Assembly (NCBI GenBank): GCA_018335035.1
Contig: JAGXKT010000003.1
Coordinates: 14,623 to 78,622 of the forward strand
DNA from: Phycisphaerae bacterium
Lineage (GTDB): Bacteria; Planctomycetota; Phycisphaerae; SM23-33
Reading direction: 5' to 3'
DNA length: 64,000 bases
Part shown: piece by piece, positions 58,081-64,000 of the stretch
Position numbering within the stretch: the stretch's first letter is position 1
Layout: each line of letters begins with the position of its first letter
The notes under the pieces: generated by a model
Database searches by the model: none
Seen by the model: the letters and a program-made list of their open reading frames with translations, nothing else
What the model was told of the DNA's origin: nothing
Position numbers and translations under genes: made by a program

Positions 58081-58419
58081 ATGGTCGTCGTACTGAACCT
58101 GTTCGACATCATCCCCGGCCGCGAGGAAACCTACGCGCGGTATCTCCGTCGCGTTCAGCCGATCCTCGATCGCTACGGCGCCCGCGTGCTGCTGTACGGG
58201 CGAACGCGGATGCTTTACTTCGGCGATGCCCGCCAGGAATACTGCGGGCTGATCGCCTACGAGTCGCTGGGCGACCTGCGGCGACTGTCGCACGATCCGG
58301 ACTTCGTGGCGATCCGCCCCCTGCGCGACGAGTCCACCACGAACTACGTGCTGACGGCCATCGAGAGCTTCGAGAGTATGGGCGCCGCGGCCGAGTTCCT
58401 TGAAAACGGCGGCGACTGA
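58081..58419 (+). CDS. DUF1330 domain protein (dimeric alpha/beta-barrel stress-protein-like)
   Basis: 112 aa. 'MVVVLNLFDIIPGREETYARYLRRVQPILDRYGARVLL...' matches the DUF1330 pattern. Confidence 0.6.
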   Translation: MVVVLNLFDIIPGREETYARYLRRVQPILDRYGARVLLYGRTRMLYFGDARQEYCGLIAYESLGDLRRLSHDPDFVAIRPLRDESTTNYVLTAIESFESMGAAAEFLENGGD

Positions 58420-58464
58420 GCCGTCGACGCTCCGGCGCCGTTGGCCGCCCATGCCCGAACCGCC

Positions 58465-60885
58465 CTACCGCTCCAGCGTCACGTAGAAGACGGGCTTGTC
58501 GGCGGGAATCCTCAAGACGCCGTCGCTGACCCGGCCGCGGTCGAGCACGTTCATCTCGTAGTCGTAGAACGTCCAGTCCATGCCGTCGATCGCCTCGCCC
58601 CGGACGGTGCCCGACACGCGAGCGACGAGCACCGGCAGCGTGCCGGCTTTGCCCTTCGCGACCTTGGCCCCGAAGTACTCCGACGGGTCCTTCGACATCT
58701 CCAAGCCAAAGCCCGTGTTGAAGCTCGTCGAGACCAGCGACAGCACCGCCCGCCTCGTCTCGGCAAGCGGCTGATCGTCCCGGCTGGCCAGCGCGAACGT
58801 AACGTAGCCCTCATCGGCGGTGACGGGATACGGCATGCCGTCCGGGTTGTGCACCGCCACGTCGCTCAGCGCGACGCCGGCCGCATCGAACGTCAGCGTC
58901 GCGTTCGCGTCGCGCAATCGTCCGGAAAAGCCCGTAAACATCGCCGCACCCGGCGCGTCGAACCGGCAGAACCCCTGCCGCCAATCGTAGCTGATCTGCT
59001 CGGTCGGCGTGATGGGGTTCGGCTCGAAAACGCGGGGCTTGTAGTACGGGCCGATCACCATGTAGCCGTTCTTGCGGAAGTCCTCGTAGATGGACTTGCG
59101 TTGTTCGGCCTTCTGCTCGGCGTCGGCGGCCTCCCCGTGCCGCGCCTGGCGGGCCTGCTCAAAGAGCGGATCGTCCGGGCGTTCGGATAGCGTCGGGTCG
59201 ATCTCCAGCCGCATGCCGTATCGGTACGTCGTCGGCAGCATGGCCCGGCCGATCTCGCCGTAGCTGCCGGAGTAGTCCATGCTCTCCGAGGCCAGCAGCA
59301 TCGGCTTGCCATAGACGAATTTCGTCGGCGTCGGCGCGGGGGCGAGATGTTCGTTGCAGAAGATTTCACTGGCGGCGCGCATCGCGGACAGCTGCACCTC
59401 GTCGCCGCCGTAGTGGAGGTTGCCCGAATGCCCGACCTCGAGGGCGCGGGTGTGGGGGGCGTCCCTGGTGGAATCCGGCCCGGGTCCGTAGCTGTGCCAG
59501 TTGATGATGTCCCAGTCCTGGATGCTGCCCAAGCTGGCCATGAGCATCGGGAATTCCGCGCGGTACTTCGTGGTGGTCCTGACTTGCGTCTCATAGACGA
59601 AGAACGGCTTGCCCTCGACCTTGTTGTGCTCAACCCACGGCACGTCCCAACAGGCCCGGGGCAACTCGGTCAGTGACGAATTGAAGGGGAACTCCTCATC
59701 GGCACGGTCGTGATGCATGTTGCTGATATACGTACAGTGCGTCACCGCGTCGGCCTGCTGGTGGAGGTACTGGCACTGAATCTGCCAGCCCGTGCCCGTG
59801 TCGTAGAGCATCGGACTGAGCCGCGTGGACTTGCCCAGCGACTTGACGAATGTCGCCTGCGCGTTCTTGCTGGCCGTGATCATCTCGACGAAAAACGCGA
59901 TCGCGTCGGCCGCGCGTTGCTCACTACACTGGTCCCGCCCGATTTTCTCGACGCCGCCCGCCAGCGCCTCCCGGACGTACGGGTTGGCGTCGTTGAGTTG
60001 CGCGGGGCTCGTCGCCTTGGCCGTCGGAGCCAGCATGACCGTCCCGTCGTCCAGCCCCTCGCCGGGGAACAGAAAGCCCCACGCCGCCGTCAGGCCCTCG
60101 TCGGTCTCGTACTTGCGCTTCAGCCAGGCGTTCCATTTGGCGATGAGCTGGGCCTGGAAGAACTTCGGCAGCGTCATCCACTGCCCGCCGGTCATCTTCG
60201 GCAGCCACCATTCCTCGTTGCTCAGCTCCCAGACGACGATGTCCGGATCGTCGCAATAACGCATCCCGGTGTACTTGTTCCGCCGCGTGGCGACCTCGCG
60301 CATGCGCTGCAGCGCCAACGCCTTGAGCCGAGGGTCCCAGTGCTGGGCTAGGTGGCGCCCGAGCCCGACCTGCTTGCCCTCCCACCGCCAACTCTCGTGC
60401 GCCATCGACGCGATCGCCGCTTTCCACGCCTCGGCCGTGTCCGGATCATCAATGATCTTGACGTCCCGCTCGGCATCGACCGTGCCCAGCATGTTCAGCC
60501 CGCAAAACCAGATCTTGATCCCGTGCTTCTTGAGCAGGTAGTAGCCGTAGTCCTTCAGGTCGTCCGCGGAGTTATCGCCCTTGGTGAAATCATCGCTCTG
60601 CGGAAAGTGCCACAGCCGATGCAGGTTGAAGCCGAGGTCCACCAGGCGCTGGGCCATCAACTCGCGATTGCGTCGCCCGGCCGGGCCGTCATCCCCGCCG
60701 GCAGGGAAATGCCCGATGTGTCCCCAGTAACGGACCCGTCGCCCGTCCAGTTCCAGGTGCCCGTCCTCGTTGACCTGAACGTACTGCGAATCCGGGATTT
60801 TCGAAGGATCCGTCGGCATCTCGGCGACGGCGTTACAGCCGATTCCGGCGACAAACGCACATACGATGAGGGCCTTGGCGTACAT
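58465..60885 (-). CDS. Secreted clan GH-A (GH5-like) TIM-barrel glycoside hydrolase with C-terminal beta-sandwich domains (806 aa)
   Basis: Start at ATG 60885 gives signal peptide 'MYAKALIVCAFVAGIGC'. 'DIVVWELSNEEWW' fits the clan GH-A acid/base NE(P) motif on beta4. 'KPFFVYETQV' is a candidate nucleophile strand. The 896-aa track ORF was trimmed. Confidence 0.6.
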   Translation of the reverse strand: MYAKALIVCAFVAGIGCNAVAEMPTDPSKIPDSQYVQVNEDGHLELDGRRVRYWGHIGHFPAGGDDGPAGRRNRELMAQRLVDLGFNLHRLWHFPQSDDFTKGDNSADDLKDYGYYLLKKHGIKIWFCGLNMLGTVDAERDVKIIDDPDTAEAWKAAIASMAHESWRWEGKQVGLGRHLAQHWDPRLKALALQRMREVATRRNKYTGMRYCDDPDIVVWELSNEEWWLPKMTGGQWMTLPKFFQAQLIAKWNAWLKRKYETDEGLTAAWGFLFPGEGLDDGTVMLAPTAKATSPAQLNDANPYVREALAGGVEKIGRDQCSEQRAADAIAFFVEMITASKNAQATFVKSLGKSTRLSPMLYDTGTGWQIQCQYLHQQADAVTHCTYISNMHHDRADEEFPFNSSLTELPRACWDVPWVEHNKVEGKPFFVYETQVRTTTKYRAEFPMLMASLGSIQDWDIINWHSYGPGPDSTRDAPHTRALEVGHSGNLHYGGDEVQLSAMRAASEIFCNEHLAPAPTPTKFVYGKPMLLASESMDYSGSYGEIGRAMLPTTYRYGMRLEIDPTLSERPDDPLFEQARQARHGEAADAEQKAEQRKSIYEDFRKNGYMVIGPYYKPRVFEPNPITPTEQISYDWRQGFCRFDAPGAAMFTGFSGRLRDANATLTFDAAGVALSDVAVHNPDGMPYPVTADEGYVTFALASRDDQPLAETRRAVLSLVSTSFNTGFGLEMSKDPSEYFGAKVAKGKAGTLPVLVARVSGTVRGEAIDGMDWTFYDYEMNVLDRGRVSDGVLRIPADKPVFYVTLER

Positions 60886-61294
60886 GAGAACCTGGCAAGA
60901 GCCGAATCCCGCCCGGCGGGACTCCCAAGAAGACTGCGACGATGTCGGCCGATGACCGCCACCGGCCGCTCGCCGCAATTCTATCCCTGCCCCGCCGGCC
61001 TGCAAGCACATTCCCCGCCCGCCCCCGGCGATGGGTGCGTGTCCGTATTGTGGCCCGTACGGGCGTCCCACGGCCGTCTCGGCCGAGAGGGCACGGGCAG
61101 GATGCCCGTGCCACACATGGGCGAGACGCCCATGCCACGAATTTATCGCCCACACCCCCCGGCGATCGCGGCGTTTGTGCCCCCCGCATCGGGTTGAGCC
61201 CCAGGGCGCCCCGCATCAGGCCCATCCCGGGCGGAGCGGTTCGCCCCTCGCCGCCTACACCGCAAAAAAACCGCCGGCAGGCCGGAAAAATGCT

Positions 61295-61364
61295 TTGACA
61301 AAACCGGTAGATACCGGTAACATTGTGTTATAGATACCGGTAACAGCTCAGGTGTTACCCGTAA
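61295..61364 (+). promoter_or_regulatory. Promoter (TTGACA, 17 nt, TAACAT) interlocked with two identical 15-bp sites containing the palindrome TACCGGTA, plus a third degenerate site: candidate LacI-family operators
   Basis: -35 TTGACA at 61295-61300 and -10 TAACAT at 61318-61323. TAGATACCGGTAACA occurs at 61308-61322 and 61331-61345. An inverted repeat TAACA-TTG-TGTTA lies between them. TTACCCGTAA at 61355-61364. Site centres are 21-23 bp apart. This is the low-GC region just upstream of the lacI-family gene. Confidence 0.5.
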
Positions 61365-61389
61365 CCGACACATAAAGGCCTTGCGACAC

Positions 61390-62466
61390 ATGCGGAAGAC
61401 CGTCACAACCGAAGACATTGCCAGCCATGTCGGCGTCACCAAGATGACCGTCTCGCGGGCATTGCACGGGACCGGGGCGGTCAGCGCGACCACGCGCCAG
61501 CGGATACTCGCGGCCGCCAGGGAATTGGGCTACCGCCCGAACGCGGCCGCCCGGATCATGAGCCGCGGCAAATTCGGCAACATCGCCGTGGTGCTCTCGG
61601 CCCATGAGGGGCGCAGCTACCTGCCCGAGCGAGCGTTGCGGGGCATTTGCCAGGCCCTCAGCGACCGCGAACTTCAACTGACCATCGCGCAACTGCCGGA
61701 CGAGAAACTCACCGACGCCGGCTTCGTCCCGCGTCTGCTGCGCGAGTACTGCTGCGACGGGATGCTGATCGACTACACCGACCACATCCCGGATCGGATG
61801 ATCGGACTGATCGAGAAACTCCGCCAACCGGCGATCTGGCTGAACCGCAAGCAGGACCACGATTGCGTCTATCCGGACGACTATGCCCTGGGCCAGCAGG
61901 CCACCCGCCGGCTTCTGGCGGCCGGGCATCGCCGCATCGCCTACCTGGACTGGGGTGCCGGCTGGAAGCAACTGAACGAAGCCCACTACTCCCAGCGGGA
62001 CCGCCAGGCCGGCTACGCCGAGGCGATGACCGCCGCCGGGCTAACGCCGCAGCTGATTCGACGCGACGATTCCGACGTGGTCTCGCACGCGGGCGAACTG
62101 TGCGAAACCGTCACGGCCCTGCTCGCCGGTGACGACCGCCCCACCGCCTTCGTGGCGTATGCCCCGCACTTCGCACGCCGTGCCGCGGCGGCGGCGCTGC
62201 TGCGGCACCTGCGCGTCCCGGAGGACCTCTCACTGGTGGCGATCAGCGGCGGCGGGCAGTTGTCGCTGGACGACGGGCGACCGCTCAGCACGGCCGCCGT
62301 ACCGGAGCGGAACTACGGCGCCGCCGGTGTGGAGGCGGTGCTGGAAAAACTCGAGGCGCCGGGCGTTCGTCTGGCGCCGCGTGCCGTCGGGCCCGCGGCG
62401 TTCATGGAAGGCCAGACCATCGCCTGCCCGCCGGACGGAAACGACCGCAGCGTCCGCGAGGACTAG
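61390..62466 (+). CDS. LacI-family transcriptional regulator
   Basis: N-terminal HTH 'VTTEDIASHVGVTKMTVSRALHG', then a periplasmic-binding-protein-like sugar-binding core. ATG 61390. The track ORF begins at TTG 61381. Confidence 0.85.
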   Translation: MRKTVTTEDIASHVGVTKMTVSRALHGTGAVSATTRQRILAAARELGYRPNAAARIMSRGKFGNIAVVLSAHEGRSYLPERALRGICQALSDRELQLTIAQLPDEKLTDAGFVPRLLREYCCDGMLIDYTDHIPDRMIGLIEKLRQPAIWLNRKQDHDCVYPDDYALGQQATRRLLAAGHRRIAYLDWGAGWKQLNEAHYSQRDRQAGYAEAMTAAGLTPQLIRRDDSDVVSHAGELCETVTALLAGDDRPTAFVAYAPHFARRAAAAALLRHLRVPEDLSLVAISGGGQLSLDDGRPLSTAAVPERNYGAAGVEAVLEKLEAPGVRLAPRAVGPAAFMEGQTIACPPDGNDRSVRED

Positions 62467-62633
62467 TGCAAAACCAACGCCGCCCGAATGCGGCAAATCG
62501 GAGATGAGCAAACGGACAACTGGACTGGAGCAGCCCAAGAGCCGGCGGCCGGGACAATGCCCGGCGCGAACGACCGAAGCAGATCGGAAAGGAACCGGAT
62601 GGAAGACGAGATGACAGTGGATTCGAGGACAGG

Positions 62634-63998
62634 TTGGAAGCAGCACACGCGAAGCGCGAGCTGACGGAGGGCGACGAGTACCTGCTGGGCCGTGTTCAGT
62701 GGCCCGATGCGCCGCGGGAGAAAGGTCGAACGCCCGACTACGCCACCGAGACGTGGGGCCCGCCCAAGCGCCTCATGGTCTGGAAAACCCCGGGCCGGAG
62801 CGGCATGCTGACCGCGGCGGACCACTGGCTCATCGTCGAGGCCGGCGGCAAGGTCACGCCCGACGCCGACAGCGTCGAAGACGGGAAACTCAAGGATTCG
62901 TGGTGGCACGCCGACACGGACATCGTCGTACCGGCTGCGTCGGAAAAGTACCACTGCCGCCGCGCGGGTAAGTTCCCGTGCCGGCATATCACCGTCGGAC
63001 ACAAGGCGAAGTTCGAAGCCGCGGCATTGACGTCGTTGAACGGAAATGTCTGGGTCGCGCGGGGCGGCTACTACCGCACGCGCTACTCGACGCGTCTGAA
63101 GGGCGGCAAGCACACGTTCTTCCTGAACGATCAGCCGCGTCTGACGCCTGAATCAATTGGCGAGGATGTGGAAGTTGTGGGGCGTGGCTACATCATCCCG
63201 CAGGAGCACCCCGGCCCCGGATACGATGGCTACTGCGTCGCGCAATACCTGCGTGTGCGCAAGGCCGACGACGCCTCGGTTGAGTTCGTCGGCACGCTTT
63301 CGAGCAGCGATGACTTCCAGTTGCTCAAGGGCACGGCCATCGTGGCGGAGAACAGCCAGCTCTGGGCCGGAACCCGTTCCAAGCAGCACTTCCGCCCCGG
63401 CACGACGCTGCGGCTGATGTCCGGCGGCGAGTACGGAAAAGCCCACACTGCTCCCGGTTCCGGGTACGGCTTCAAGTACAGCCAGGGCTCGATGGATGCG
63501 GTCATCAACGGCCGCATCGAGGCGGGCACGGAGGATCATCCGATCACCGAAAACGCGTACTTCGGCATCAGCTTCAAGGCGCCCGCCGGCTTCGAGGGCT
63601 CAACCGACCCCAGCGACGGTACGCTGGAACGCCGCGTGCCCGGGGCGATCGTCGGGCCCGACACCGAGATTGCGGTCCACACTGCCGATGCGGACGAGGC
63701 GAAGCTCGTCATCCGCTGGCACCGCCGGCACAACGACTGGTACGAGGGCCGGCTCGATGGCTACAAGCAGATGCCCGAGGAGATCACCATTGGCATCTGC
63801 GGCAAACTGATGCTGGAGAATGTCAAGTTCGACGACCTGGCCCGCGACGGGCTGATGCTCGAAGACCCGGCCGTCGCCGAGCACTGGAAGAACGTGACCT
63901 TCGGCGACCGCTGTCAGGGCGGCCGCGACGAGCTGATCGCTGAATGGTCCGAGACGCTGCGTAAGCCCATCGTTCCCGATGATTGGGACTGCAAGTGA
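62634..63998 (+). CDS. Hypothetical protein (454 aa) downstream of the LacI-family gene
   Basis: Long ORF with balanced composition (W, Y, K, H-rich beta-like segments). The TTG start is uncertain and the first in-frame ATG is at codon 48. No family recognised. Confidence 0.45.
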   Translation: MEAAHAKRELTEGDEYLLGRVQWPDAPREKGRTPDYATETWGPPKRLMVWKTPGRSGMLTAADHWLIVEAGGKVTPDADSVEDGKLKDSWWHADTDIVVPAASEKYHCRRAGKFPCRHITVGHKAKFEAAALTSLNGNVWVARGGYYRTRYSTRLKGGKHTFFLNDQPRLTPESIGEDVEVVGRGYIIPQEHPGPGYDGYCVAQYLRVRKADDASVEFVGTLSSSDDFQLLKGTAIVAENSQLWAGTRSKQHFRPGTTLRLMSGGEYGKAHTAPGSGYGFKYSQGSMDAVINGRIEAGTEDHPITENAYFGISFKAPAGFEGSTDPSDGTLERRVPGAIVGPDTEIAVHTADADEAKLVIRWHRRHNDWYEGRLDGYKQMPEEITIGICGKLMLENVKFDDLARDGLMLEDPAVAEHWKNVTFGDRCQGGRDELIAEWSETLRKPIVPDDWDCK

Positions 63999-64000
63999 GC

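Overview
This 64 kb window has roughly 70% GC and dense coding on both strands. Its gene content suggests a Planctomycetota-type (possibly Phycisphaerae-like) chromosome: a long-form signal peptidase I, a DUF1080/Gfo-Idh-MocA pair, a BatA-like vWA operon, DUF4159, GH130 and many exported hypothetical proteins. Most of the window is core-genome. Confidently recognised genes are accC, accB, an M24 Xaa-Pro aminopeptidase, lptB, lepB, tatC, tatA, asd, carB, a leuC-like aconitase-family dehydratase, ackA, a PPi-type phosphofructokinase, asnS, an RluA-family pseudouridine synthase, a Xer-type recombinase, a ComEA-like protein, two cytoplasmic PAS histidine kinases and a GGDEF protein. There are two tRNAs: tRNA-Lys(CTT) on the + strand and tRNA-Val(CAC) on the - strand. 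I found no CRISPR array, transposase or intact prophage. A ~120-nt tail of a tyrosine integrase lies next to tRNA-Val, marking a decayed integration site. Many long ORFs in the six-frame track are Arg/Ala/Gly-rich antisense or frame-shifted artefacts of the high GC. I trimmed or rejected these and re-assigned start codons from signal peptides, RBSs and family-typical N-termini. The loci most worth follow-up are listed here. 1. A translationally coupled ackA-CPBP protease (Zn-ribbon)-tandem DUF4339 membrane paralog operon. 2. A 12-unit, 8-bp tandem repeat array at the 3' end of leuC. 3. A LacI-family regulator whose promoter is interlocked with duplicated TACCGGTA palindromic operators, next to a clan GH-A hydrolase. 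4. A GGDEF enzyme whose receiver domain has lost every phospho-acceptor residue. 5. A CarB with three lineage-specific insertions, one containing a 33-36 bp tandem duplication. 6. A GH10-like TIM-barrel protein lacking the acid/base Glu. 7. A stand-alone corrinoid-binding protein in a TPR/lipoprotein operon. 8. A scramblase-like protein next to xer.
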